Assembly: GCF_001194135.2 (NCBI RefSeq)
Contig: NC_068986.1
Span: 83,763,790-83,827,789 of the forward strand
DNA from: Octopus bimaculoides
Lineage: Eukaryota
Length of the DNA: 64,000 nucleotides
Reading direction: 5' to 3'
How positions within the stretch are numbered: position 1 is the first letter of the stretch; each line of letters opens with the position of its first letter. The notes beneath the pieces were generated by a model. It saw only the letters and a list, made by a program, of their open reading frames with translations. It was not told the DNA's origin and did no database searches. Shown here one piece after another: positions 51,301 to 63,636 of the stretch. A program made the translations under genes and the position numbers.

Positions 51301-52704
51301 GTGTGTGTATGTGGTGGTGGGGGGGGGGGCGTGTGTGTGTGCTTACATATGTATGCATGTATTTATGTGGATATATGTATAGATATGCCTAGGTAAATGT
51401 TTACTTTCTGCATTGAGCTAGAAACAAAGTTGTTCATTGACATTTCCTGTCAACAAAATTGTCTTCTAGTTCTACACTCCTGAAAACAAGTAAGCAGAAT
51501 GAAAGGGAAAATTTCTTATTTGGAAAACAGGTAAAGATTAGCAGCAGAAAAGGAATCCAGCTGTAAAATAATACCTCAATTAAAATGCATTTATCCAACT
51601 CTTGGAAAACAGATGTGAAACAAATGAGCAAATTTTAGATGTGTCTGTGTGCATTTGTGAATTTGCATGTATACATAAACAATTAAACGAGCACACACAC
51701 ACACACACACACACGCCCCCCCCCCATACACAGATAGAGAGAGAGAGAGAGGGAGCTTTATATATGCATGTGTTTATATACTTACTAAATTTTTATCATA
51801 GTGGACACTGATAATAACAAGCCTTTTAGGCATTCACTCAATGAACCAGAACTAATGTTAATTCCAAGAATAACTTTCTTATGCAATTCTATTATGTTTT
51901 ACAAAACTTTTATAAAAGTATAGGAGTGTTAATTTATGTGTATAGACTGTAAATTTATGTGTATAGGCCTTCCTGGTGAACATATTTATATGAATGACTC
52001 TGTATAACTGATATATAACTCTTGATAATTTTGTATGTGCAAAGGTATCTGTATATATATATATAAGCACACAAACACACATGTGTGTGCACACCTTTCT
52101 ACATACTGGCATTAATTCATACACACAACAACGTTAATATGCACCCTAAATATCCATAAAAGGGAAACAATACAATTTTCAGATACTTGCCAATCCCCAG
52201 AATGAACTATTTCGCATGAATTCACACTCCTTTTTTGATATTTCATATCATGAATTGTAATTACAGTTATCAACCCCATTAACCCAGACACATCTAACGT
52301 TCCTAATCTTATAAATGCCATAGTTGCAATCAGCCAAGGGTGAAGCTTAAGTAGACTGCCATTTTCTGTTATAATAAACATATCTGTCCACTCTACCCAT
52401 TGATTTTAACTTTTATATCAGATAATATTTGCACTATGTATATGTCATGATCGTTTTTATCATCATCATCAGACAAAATTTATTGAGGCAAATTTTCTGT
52501 AGCTAGATGACCTCCCTGTCACCAACCTTCACATGTTTCCAAGTAAAGGATATTTTTGCATGACCAGATATGTTTTACACAGAATATTGGAAACAACAGA
52601 CACTATTCGCATGTGATGGGGACACTTGTTTACAACTATCACTTGATGTCAAGGCAAGGAGACAGTGACACACAGACACACATGCTCCCTCATCTTTGTG
52701 TGTG

Positions 52705-53015
52705 TGTGCTTAGTGGTTTGATTATTTGGTTCATGATCATAATGTCATGAGTTCAATTCCCAGTGATACGTTGTGTCCTTCAGCAAGATGCTTTCCTGTT
52801 GCTCCAACCTATTCAGTAAGCTAAACATGAGTTATACCTATAATTCAAAGGGCCAGCCTTGTTGCATCCTGCATCACGCTGAACCCCTCAGACTATGTTA
52901 TGGGTACACATGTCGGTGGAGTACTCAGCCACCTGCATGTTAATTTCATGAGCTGGCTGTTGTTCAGTTGATCAGATCAACTTGAAACCTCATTGTTGTA
53001 ACCAATGAAGTGCCC
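52705..53015 (+). mobile_element. CORE-like SINE family F, near full length
   Basis: TAGTGGTT, GAGTTCAATTCCC, TGTGTCCTTCAGCAAGATGCTT, AAAGGGCCAGCCTTG, GGAGTACTCAGCCAC, TTGATCAGATCAAC. Confidence 0.7.
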
Positions 53016-53019
53016 AACC

Positions 53020-53285
53020 ATGGCTGTTGCCAGTACCGCCTGACTGGCCTTCGTAGGATTTTCGAGCGAGATCGTTGCCAGTGCCCCTGGACTGGCTCTT
53101 GTGCGGGTGGCACATGAAATACACCATTTTGAGCGTGGCTGTTGCCAGTACCGCCTGACTGGCCTTCGTGCGAGTGACACGTAAAAGCACCCACTACACT
53201 CTCTGAGTGGTTGGCGTTAGGAAGGGCATCCAGCTGTAGAAACTCTGCCAAATTAGATTGGAGCCTGGTGTTGCCATCCGGATTC
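53020..53285 (+). mobile_element. RTE 3' UTR fragment (family D) with internal tandem repeats
   Basis: TGGCTGTTGCCAGTACCGCCTGACTGGCC repeated; GGCGTTAGGAAGGGCATCCAGCTGTAGAAAC. Confidence 0.8.
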
Positions 53286-54167
53286 CTCTTTACTACTACG
53301 TATCTCGCTTTACCCCTCTCGTTCTTCCTCTGTTACTACTNNNNNNNNNNNNNNNNNNNNNNNNNNNNNNNNNNNNNNNNNNNNNNNNNNNNNNNNNNNN
53401 NNNNNNNNNNNNNNNNNNNNNNNNNNNNNNNNNNNNNNNNNNNNNNNNNNNNNNNNNNNNNNNNNNNNNNNNNNNNNNNNNNNNNNNNNNNNNNNNNNNN
53501 NNNNNNNNNNNNNNNNNNNNNNNNNNNNNNNNNNNNNNNNNNNNNNNNNNNNNNNNNNNNNNNNNNNNNNNNNNNNNNNNNNNNNNNNNNNNNNNNNNNN
53601 NNNNNNNNNNNNNNNNNNNNNNNNNNNNNNNNNNNNNNNNNNNNNNNNNNNNNNNNNNNNNNNNNNNNNNNNNNNNNNNNNNNNNNNNNNNNNNNNNNNN
53701 NNNNNNNNNNNNNNNNNNNNNNNNNNNNNNNNNNNNNNNNNNNNNNNNNNNNNNNNNNNNNNNNNNNNNNNNNNNNNNNNNNNNNNNNNNNNNNNNNNNN
53801 NNNNNNNNNNNNNNNNNNNNNNNNNNNNNNNNNNNNNNNNNNNNNNNNNNNNNNNNNNNNNNNNNNNNNNNNNNNNNNNNNNNNNNNNNNNNNNNNNNNN
53901 NNNNNNNNNNNNNNNNNNNNNNNNNNNNNNNNNNNNNNNNNNNNNNNNNNNNNNNNNNNNNNNNNNNNNNNNNNNNNNNNNNNNNNNNNNNNNNNNNNNN
54001 NNNNNNNNNNNNNNNNNNNNNNNNNNNNNNNNNNNNNNNNNNNNNNNNNNNNNNNNNNNNNNNNNNNNNNNNNNNNNNNNNNNNNNNNNNNNNNNNNNNN
54101 NNNNNNNNNNNNNNNNNNNNNNNNNNNNNNNNNNNNNNNNNNNNNNNNNNNNNNNNNNNNNNNNNNN

Positions 54168-54209
<42 letters not shown>

Positions 54210-54214
54210 TATAT

Positions 54215-54415
54215 CGTACCTGTGGCCAGTGCCTCCTGACTGGCTCCTGTTCTGGTGGCACATAAAATGCATCATCCGAACGTGGTCGATGCCAGTGCCC
54301 CCTGACTGGCCCCCATGCCAGTAGCATGTAAAAAGCACCATCTGAATGTGGTTGATGCCAGCTGCATTTGACTGGCTCCCATGACGGTGGCACGTAAAAA
54401 GCACCATTCAAATGG
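54215..54415 (+). mobile_element. Family D tandem-repeat segment
   Basis: GCCAGTGCC.CCTGACTGGC and GGCAC.TAAAAAGCACCAT units. Confidence 0.7.
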
Positions 54416-55500
54416 TGGAATTGTTCTAACAATTTAAAATGCCTTTCATAACAAGTCCATGTTTCACAAGAATGCAACAGAGATGGTAAGACAAATGATT
54501 TGTAAAGAGCCATCTTTGTATTGTTATATATTGTATGTTGCTGGCACCAAACGCGTGACTCCAAACCACCAAATGCTTTTGCTGCCCTTTGAATTTGCAG
54601 CTGTATTTCTGTATCAAGATTTCCATCCTTTTGTACAGAGCTTCCAAGGTGGATGAATGAATCGACAACCTCAAGTTACTTACCCTTAACAAAAATTTTA
54701 GGGGTTTACAAACAGCACCACATGCAGGTTGATGCAATACAACTTTTTTTTTTTCAAGTTGATGGTCAAGCCAAAATCCTCACAAGCTGAGTCAAATGCA
54801 GATACAAGAGATTGCAAACCTGTTTCAGAATGACTGACAAGATCTCAATCGTCAGCATATAAAAGTTCCCTAATGAGTGAAATAAAAACCTTCATTTTGA
54901 ATTTCAGTCTGGTCAGATTAAAAACATTCTCTGCTGTTCAATATTTTATGTAAATACTCTTCTCAGAGTTTTGAAAAGCATGTGACAACACAACAGCAAA
55001 GTATATTGCAAAGAGGGTGGGTACATCAAGGTTTTCTTGCTTTATTCCATTTTCCATGGCAAAAGATTCAGAGATCTTACCACCAAAGTTAACTCTAGCT
55101 TTCATATCTTGATGCAAAGCCCTAGTCATGTTTACAAATTTTTCTGGGCAACCTATTTTCCTTAGAATTAGCCACAGAGCTTTTTGATTAGCAGTATTGA
55201 ATGCTTTTCTCAAATCAACAAAGTAATGGTATAGAGCAAGATTCTGTTCAATGCACTTTTCTTGCAATTGTCTGATAGTAAAGATACAATCAGCTGTGCC
55301 CCTGGAGGAACGAAAACAACACGGAAACTCAGACACTATATTTGGTACTACGAAGGTATTTAAACGGTCTGACAAAATGCAGGCAAGTACCTTTTTAACC
55401 ACAGACAAAAGTGAAATCCCACGAAAATTACCACACAGACCCTTTGCCTCTGATTTATACAAGGAGACTAAAATGGCATCAATCCAGTTTTGAGACACTT
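54416..55500 (-). mobile_element. RTE-BovB-like LINE RT region, pseudogenised
   Basis: GNFRGISLLSVVKKVL, FRSSRGTADCIFTIRQLQEKCIEQN, FVDLRKAF, GCPEKFV, ENGIKQ..PTLFAIYF; later YKSFVLPSLLHSCETWTCYERHFKLLEQFH. Confidence 0.9.
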
Positions 55501-55946
55501 TCTCAGTTCTCCAACAGTGACAAATTAATATATTTAAGAGTTCATATATATATATATATATATAGGTTTTACAGTTTCATTCATATAGCTTGAGGTGCTA
55601 TATAATGAGATTGAACCCAAAACCATGTAGTTGAGAAGCAAACTGCTTGCCACACAACCATACCTGTGCTTCTATGTGTGTGTGTGTGTTTGCAGGCATA
55701 GTTGTGTAGTTAAGTTCACTTGCCAGTCACATAGTTTTTGGTGAGAGGATGAGCTTCTAGCTGTAAAACTCAATAATATATTTGACTAGCCCATGTTAGC
55801 ATGGAAAAACAATCATGAAAATGAACAAAGAAAAACAAGTGAAAAATATTGACATTCAGAGCTTGCAATTTGAATTCTTTATTCTAAGTGGCCCTGATCA
55901 TGTTCTTAAGCACTGTTGACCTCCAGAACTCCGTGTGTGTGTGTGT

Positions 55947-55981
<35 letters not shown>

Positions 55982-55992
55982 CACGTGCACGC

Positions 55993-56025
<33 letters not shown>

Positions 56026-56427
56026 GATTTTAACTATAAATTCTTTTGCCAAAAGAACTTAGTATTTTTAAATGATGACATTGTGTAATAGTTAGAGCAT
56101 TTAACTGCTGTCAGCATTAAATCCTATTGCCAACAAGTTAAATTTTTCAAATTGACTAGATGCCATCAGTCTGAAATAATGTCTATATATAACTCTGTTA
56201 ACTATTAAACTTGTTGAGCAATTAACCCTCACAAGTCCATGCTGACAGGCTTGATTACAATATAATCTACATAATTCATAGATTTAACTATAATCTATAT
56301 ATAGTTATGTAACTACAACTACAATCCTCTTGCTTATTAGTCGAAGAAGTAAAGGAAGTGCTGTGTATGACAGAATAGTGATTTAGGGCCATGTGATTTT
56401 CTTATAAATGAAAAATGTTGGTGTTGC

Positions 56428-56639
56428 CTGAAATACAGTTAACTAAAATGTTATGGTGTCTCATTTTCTTTTACATGAGTTAATAACTAAAAATAAATTT
56501 CTCATACACACATATATGCACACATACATACATATATATGTATGTGTGCATATATGTGTGTATGAGAAATTTATGTTTAGTTATCAGCTCATGTAAAAGA
56601 AAATGAGACATCATAACATCCTAATTAACTGTATTTCAG
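56428..56639. repeat. 212-bp near-perfect palindrome (foldback MITE or long hairpin)
   Basis: CTGAAATACAGTTAA..GTCTCATTTTCTTTTACATGAG..AAATTTCTCATACACACATATATGCACAC mirrored with few mismatches and a minimal loop. Confidence 0.9.
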
Positions 56640-56669
56640 TTATATGTTAATATATTGATGTTTTGTATA

Positions 56670-56934
56670 CAGGCAGGAGTATGGCTGTATGATTAAGAAG
56701 TGTGCTTGGATTAAGTTTCACTATTAAGTTTCACTATTATAACCCCGGGCCAGCCAAAACCTTGTGAGCAGATTTGGTTGACAGTAACTGAAAAAGTTTG
56801 TTGTGTGTTTGTGTTTGTGTGTGCACGTGCACCCCCCCCCCCTGCTTCCCTGCTGCTTCATAATTGGTGTTGATTTGTTTACATATCCATAACTTAGCAG
56901 TTCAGCAAAAGAGACCAATAGAATAATAGGTTTA

Positions 56935-56972
<38 letters not shown>

Positions 56973-57050
56973 CACAGGGGTCAATTTCTTCGGCTAAATC
57001 CATCAAGGCGTTCCTCCAGCATGGCTGCAGTTCAGTCAAAAGAGATAAAA
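56670..57050 (+). mobile_element. SINE family C copy with internal poly(A) expansion (56935-56971)
   Basis: Head GGCAGGAGTATGGCTGT, CCTTGTGAG..TTTGGTTGACAG; tail GGGGTCAATTT..CTCCAGCATGGCTGCAG..AAAAGAGATAAAAGA. Confidence 0.7.
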
Positions 57051-58137
57051 GATACAGTTTGCACTGTGGCACATTACAGGTTCATCACTTGTCAAATGGA
57101 AATCTAAACAATTTCAGCACCTTCTAAGTATATTGATCTCTCTAACATTTGTGCTACCAGAGAATGAATGGGTTCTTTCAGATGACGGTATCACATGCTT
57201 TTTTTCTCTTTCTGTTACCTATGTAGCCACGTCTCCAAACTAAAGGTAGCTGTTGCTACTCCAGCCATGGTTTACTACTTATTTTTATTTACTGAGGATT
57301 TGTTGTTTGCTATCAGCTTTGGCCTTTCTTTCCCTCATATGACCCTGCTGTAACCTTGTTAAATAAATTATTATTTGCTTCCTTCTGCAGTTCACAAATC
57401 CCTGATCTGCTGTCTTACCATGCAGGACATCATGAATCTAACTACAAAACCATAATATCCCATCTCAAGAAGCACCATGCACTACCACTCACATATTCCC
57501 TGAATCCATCACACACACACACATAAGTGTATATGCATATATGTATATATGTGTGTGTATATATATATATATAATTATCTATTCTATAGGTTTCTGTGCA
57601 CAGATACTGGATTAGTGCATGCAGAATAGTTTCATCACTCTACTGCCATCTACAACAGCTGTCAGGTCAAAGATTTCTGAAAGTTGTTCATAGTCCCAGA
57701 GATGGAAGTCCTCCAGAATAGACTGTTCAGTTGATCTTTGTTAATCTTAAAGTTTCTTTGAAAACACTGTCATTTTTGCCCACCACTATAGAATGCAAGG
57801 TTCATGTACCACCAACTGTGTTACCATATTGGTAGAGAGATTGTAGGTACTTGTCAACCTTAAAGAAATTTCTATAAAGCTAATCATTAATTTTAGTATA
57901 AGTTAGATATATAGAAGAATTAGAGAAAAATATATAGTTAAACCAAAATAATGTAATATATTTGATTCTGTTATGTGGCCTCTATAACAGAAATGTCAGT
58001 AGTAAAAGTTCTTAATTATGTACATAAATTAGAACTTTTTAATAATTCAGACAGACCAATGTTTGAGATTGTTTTGCAACATGTACGTTTCAGATTATAA
58101 TGCACCAAATACTGAAACTTGATTTAAGTAAATAATA

Positions 58138-58930
58138 ATCCTTTCTATTAAAGGCACAATGCCAAAAATTTTGCAGGAGGGGACTAGTCAATTACGTTAA
58201 CCTCAGTGTTTCATCATCATCATCATCATCATCATTGTTTAACGTCTGCCTTCCATGCTAGCATGGGTTGGACGATTTGACTGAGGACTGGTGAAACCGG
58301 ATGGCAACACCAGGCTCCAATCTAATTTGGCAGAGTTTCTACAGCTGGATGCCTTTCCTAACGCCAACCACTCAGAGAGTGTAGTGGGTGCTCTTACATG
58401 TCACCCGCACGAAGGCCAGTCAGGCGGTACTGGCAACGGCCACGCTCGAAATGGTGTCTTTTATGTGCCACCCGCACAAAAGCTAGTCCAGGGGCACTGG
58501 CAACGATCTCGCTCGAAAACCCTACGAAGGCCAGTCAGGCGGCACTGGCAACGGTCTTAATTTATTGATCCTGAAAGGATGATAGGCAAAGTCAATCTTG
58601 GCAGAATTTGAACTCAGAATGTAAAAACAGATGAAATGCTGCTAAGCATTTTGCTCAATGTACTAGGGATTCTGCCAGCTTGTCTCCTTTAACCAAACAA
58701 TAATAGTTCTTACTAATATAGGCACAAGGCCTGAAATATTTCATGGACCCCATTGCTTAACTGGTACTTATTTTATCATCATTGAAAGGATGAAAGACAA
58801 AGTCAACCTTGGTGAACTTTGAACTCAGAATGTAAGAACAGATGAACTGCTATTAAGATTTTGGCCAGTATGTTAATGAATCTGCCAGCTCACCACCTTA
58901 ATAAAAACAATAATAATAATAAAAATAATG

Positions 58931-58986
<56 letters not shown>

Positions 58987-59201
58987 CATTCCTACTACAG
59001 GCATAAGGTCTGAAATTGTAGGGGAGAGAGAGCTAGTTGATTACATTGACTCCCAGTGTGTAACTGCTACTTATTTCATCTACCCTGAAAGGATGAAAAG
59101 CAAAGTTGACCTTAGCGGAATTTGAACTTAGAATGTAAAGATAAATGAAATGCCACTAAGTATTTTGTTTGAAATGCTGATGATTCTGCCAACTCTCCAC
59201 C

Positions 59202-59250
<49 letters not shown>

Positions 59251-59682
59251 TAATCCTTTCTATTATTGTCACAAAGTCTGAAATTTTGGGAAAGAGGCAA
59301 GTTGATTACATCAACCCAATGCTCAGCTGGTACTTATTTTATCTCAAAAAGGATGAAGGGTAAAGTTGACCTTAGCCGCATTTGAACTCTAAAGATGGAC
59401 ATAATGCCATGAAATATTTTGTTCAGAACTACCTGCTAGCTCACCACATTAATAATATTAATAATAGTAATCCTTTCTACTATAGGCACATGACCTGCAA
59501 TTTTGATGGGAGAGACTAGTCAATTATATCAACCCCAAGACTGAACTGGTACATAATTTATTGACCCTGAAAGGATGAATGGCAAAGTAGACATTGGCAG
59601 AAACTGAACTTAGAATGTAAAACTGGAAGAAATGCTACCAAGCATTTTGCCCAGTGTACTAATGACTCTGGTAGCTCACTCG
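58138..59682 (-). mobile_element. Array of five head-to-tail SINE family A copies with (AAT)n spacers
   Basis: Units about 58138-58690 (split), 58705-58900, 58987-59203, 59253-59450, 59468-59682, each TCCTTTCTA.TATAGGCAC..GAAAGGATGAA..AAAGT.GACC..TTTGAACT..CTGCCAGCTC. Confidence 0.85.
58212..58556 (-). mobile_element. RTE 3' UTR (family D) inserted in the first array unit
   Basis: (CAT)n GTTTAACGTCTGCCTTCCATGCTAGCATGGG...; SINE A sequence resumes at 58557. Confidence 0.85.
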
Positions 59683-60885
59683 CAATACCAGGCAGTGGCT
59701 CTCATGGCTTCTGATCCTAACTGAATGGAAGTGTTACCATGTATATGTTTTGCCTTAGTGTAAAAGATGGGCTACAGCAAATATCATGCTCAATACCACA
59801 GATTTGCTTCTCAGTTGCTTGCCCATAACCAGTAATCATGTCCCTTAGTGGTTGATGATATGTGCAGCTCTGATCATGAGCAGAAGTGTTGGAGAAGATC
59901 AGTGGTGGCTTGTAGATAAAATTAGTGGGGGTGCTGCTTCAGAAAATTTTTAGCTGTTTTAATATTGTGTAAAAGGAAACAAACATATAAAAAGAAAATT
60001 TATGCATTAACTTGATCGGTTTGTGTTTTAGCCACTGCCGGGTAGTGTGTTTAATTTGTTTACTGAACACCACTGCGAATTCCCCCTTGTTTTTCAAAAC
60101 CCCCTTAAATCACAAAATAAGGTGGGGAAATGTGCCCTATTTTTCAAATCCTTGCAGCAACACTGAAGCTGGAAACAGGATAATAATTTAATTTTATACT
60201 TTATCACATTCAAGAATACAAACACAATTTTAAGCACAATACACGCAGAATCAAAAAGAAACACTACCTTTCATCAGCACACTGGGATTAGCACTGCATG
60301 AACAACAATGCTCTCTCTCCCTAGCATGAAGCTTTCTATCTTGGACATGTGAGCATGTGCACAACAGTCAAACACCATGTCGCTGGAACTGTGAAGCGCA
60401 CAGTTCTATACAAAGATTTTTGTATTTTTTGCATAAACTAGAGGTTGGCTACTGACATTAAGCTTAAGGATTATATAATGTACAAGTATAAAGAAAGAAT
60501 TAAAGAAAAAAGGATATGTTTAATGTCATCGATAGTATCGAGTGGAAATAGTGGGTACTGCAGTGCCTATACAGGAGCCACCACTAGAGGAGATCATCAT
60601 TGCAATGTGTTAAGAGGGATTCTTTGGGGTTTCAAAACATGGGTGTTTTATTCATCATCCTTAATCCTTATTCTGGGACTTTTTGAGTGAGATGGACTAC
60701 TACATCTGAAGAAAATTCTAACTGGGCCCCACTTGCAAGGTCATGCATTGTTTATCTTGATATGAAATACCATGTTGTGTACATATGGTTGTGATGCATG
60801 AGCCTGGTGTACTCTTATCAGGCAGATAGACATGATGGGTATACTGGGCTTTGTATATTTATACCCCAGCATCACTTTGATGGTG
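59683..60885. repeat. Interspersed repeat (family G) interrupted by a hAT MITE
   Basis: CCAGGCAGTGGCTCTCATGGCTTCTGATC..GAGCAGAAGTG resumes as CATCAT..GTGTTAAGAGGGATTCTTTGGGGTTT..GAAGAAAATTCTAACTGGGCCCCAC; continuity across the MITE is recalled from the family consensus. Confidence 0.55.
59900..60586. mobile_element. hAT-type non-autonomous DNA transposon (687 bp)
   Basis: TIR (C/T)AGTGGTGGCT at both ends; 8-bp TSD GAGAAGAT (59892-59899) / GAGGAGAT (60587-60594). Confidence 0.75.
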
Positions 60886-62207
60886 TGTGCTGCTCTCTTA
60901 CTCAGTAATAAGAGGAGACACATAGGACAGAAAGTCACTGAAGAGGGAAGATTAAATAAATAATGCATGTGTTTAATTAACAAGAGATGACCATCCCCAA
61001 GTATAACAATATGTTTCAACACGTTTTCACATCAAAAATCTTGCAAAACAAGTACGTATATGTATATATGATACCATTTCTAGAAATTGTGAACTTGTAC
61101 AAAATTGCTGGACTTGTACTAACTTGGAAACATTATCTTTTAGAAATCCTTATGAAAATGTAAGAAATCATTATTGACTTGTCAGTAAAATATAAAAAAT
61201 ATATTTTCTTGACTAGAGATAGAATTGAAACAGCTATTGTCTAGCCTTAAACATGTGCAACTAAAACTAATATAACAGTTTTAAAAGAATGCCATGGAAC
61301 AGTTTTCAATGCAGTGCTCAAATTTGGAGGAGTATGTGAATTGTTAGAATTAGAGAGAGAGAGAGAGAGAAAGAGAGAGGAGAGTGGTGGTGGTGATGAA
61401 TGCTGTGAAATTGACTTGCACTAGATTCACGAAGCACTGTTTTTTGTGTAGACATGATTAATGTATGTTAACCCTGCTAGAAACATTATACAGTGTGTGG
61501 TAACTTATTATTTGTGGATACTTACTTAACTATTTCTCTTACAGCTTCTATTTCTCATGTAAATTCAGTCACACTATGTTATCTTTGCTATTACTACTAC
61601 ATTTTCTAGTTAAGTAATTTATGTCTGAATGTCAAGTAGTAGCTGAGGCTGTGTTCTATCCATGTGCGTGCTTGCATATGCTTTTATGTATATGTGTGTG
61701 TATATTCCTAGATATTACATTGCTTAATAACTGTATTGTGTCTTCCCTGCACATATTCACTGTCTGTATGTATCAAAGCCAATCTCATCCTTATTTTTCA
61801 ATTCTTTCAACGATGCCATTAGTAAACTGCTTGTATCAGTTTGAAATCACTCCTTGAAACATTCTCCTATATACTATATATAATTCAAAAGAATTAACAA
61901 AATATATATTATTTCATAGGCCTTATTTTTTCCTGACCTAATTTGAAATTTAACTCATTAAACTACTATGTCACCATGATCTTGTTATTCCTATTGAATA
62001 AGGTAGGTACATTTATGAAATCCTAACCCTTAAGATAATAGATTTAAACTTCATTCCTTTTTCCGTTCTTTTCTCTCTCATACAAGTATTGAAAGAGAAC
62101 AGTTGGAGAAAGAAAAATTTTACATTGATAACAACAAATATCTTAATATTTTGATAACTCATACAGATGCAGCCTAGTTTTGCCATTTACTATGTAGTTG
62201 ATTAAGA

Positions 62208-62519
62208 TTAAGCAGTCCCTTGTAGCTGTTTTCTGTACATAATTCTGGTGAGATTCAAGTTTTGCTTCTTTTGTGACTTCTGTTTTCTGGACAAGCTTTC
62301 TTCCATTGTTCTCATTTCTACTCTTCTCCTACCTAATATTGTGCCTTTCACAAGACCATCAGATAAGGCAGTCAGTACAGCCTGCTGCCTGGTTAAAACC
62401 CCAGCAAGATGTGGAGAATTAGTTGATTGATCAGACAGCCAGTATTCTCCTAGGATTTTTTTCCATGCTTCTTCCTTAAAATTCTTTTTTCCTTCTTTTT
62501 TCCTTCTTTTGTCTCCCAT
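62208..62519 (-). mobile_element. Possible decayed RTE C-terminal fragment (103-aa open frame)
   Basis: EAWKKILGEYW and DGLVKGTILGRRR loosely resemble RTE W.RRILGISW and DGLEK.II.G..EGRRRRGR. Confidence 0.35.
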
Positions 62520-62670
62520 TAAATTGCTAGTAACTTGGCACTCAGTCTCTCCACTGCACTTTTGATAGTTTTTCTGCAGATGAAATCCGAGATAACTATT
62601 TCAAAAGTTATACTATATATAAACCCCCCACCACACACACACACACACACGCACGCACACACGCACGCAC

Positions 62671-62712
<42 letters not shown>

Positions 62713-63509
62713 TGGTAGTTAATAGAGCAAATCAACAATAGTTATATTTGTGTTCAAACCTTGTAGTACTCTAAAGAAAGGTGTCTTGTAGGTAAATATA
62801 ATTAAATAAATGTCTAGGCATGTGTTGGTGTTGGCTTTGGAGGTCTCTTTGAGAATAACCATCAATTACTCAAGTCTATAAATACTACTGCTATTTTTCA
62901 GGTTCAGGAATTAGCATTTGGAAAATCATCCAGTAGTACTACATTTTCAGCAAATATAGCTGGCTCATACTGAAATAGAAAACAGATGCAAAAATATATA
63001 TTACAAGATGTTTTTTCTTCAAAACAATATGTGGTATAGCTGTATATTTTTGGCATTAAGAGCCCATGACACATTTTCAATTCCCAGTAGAACAGCTTCC
63101 TTTAATGCGAAGTTCCTTTAGGAAATACACAAGTAAATCTACTTCTTTAGCCCCAATTTGAACTATTATGCACAAGTATGTGCTTCTTTATACACACACA
63201 CACATGCATGTGTGTATGTCTGGTCTGATTAAGAATTTCATTATTTATAACCTGGTCTTGTCAGCATACACTCAAGATGATTTGCAGCTTTAATCAGACT
63301 AGAATTAACAGCATTAAGCTAAGGTATTACACTGCTGACTGCAACGAGTTGGCCTTATTCAAAAAATATTAGATCATTGACTGCTGAAGATGCTTATGCA
63401 TGGAGAATTATAATAAGAAACATGTCTAATGGGAGCTGTGAGACAACAATGAACCAGTAGAACATCCAGAATATGACAACTGGAGAGGAAGAGAACTTCA
63501 CTAGCATTT

Positions 63510-63620
63510 GGTAGCACCCATTTTAGCTGAGTAGATTTGAGCAATATAAAATAAAGTACCATGCTCAATGACTTCGTCATGCTACTCAATCCGTGAATCA
63601 AACCCGTGGCCTTATGACCA
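63510..63620 (-). mobile_element. CORE-like SINE fragment
   Basis: CACCCATTTTAGCTGAGTAGATTTGAGCAATATAAAATAAAGTACCATGCTCAA..GAATCAAACCC. Confidence 0.55.
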
Positions 63621-63636
63621 TTTCCCCTCTTATATA

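Noticed and set aside
57370-57520. Acceptor TTGCTTCCTTCTGCAG followed by a 44-codon frame
   Set aside because: No donor, runs into (CA)n, no recognisable protein motif
58138-59682. CRISPR-like repeat-spacer array
   Set aside because: Units are 200-bp diverged SINEs with microsatellite spacers in eukaryotic DNA, with no cas genes
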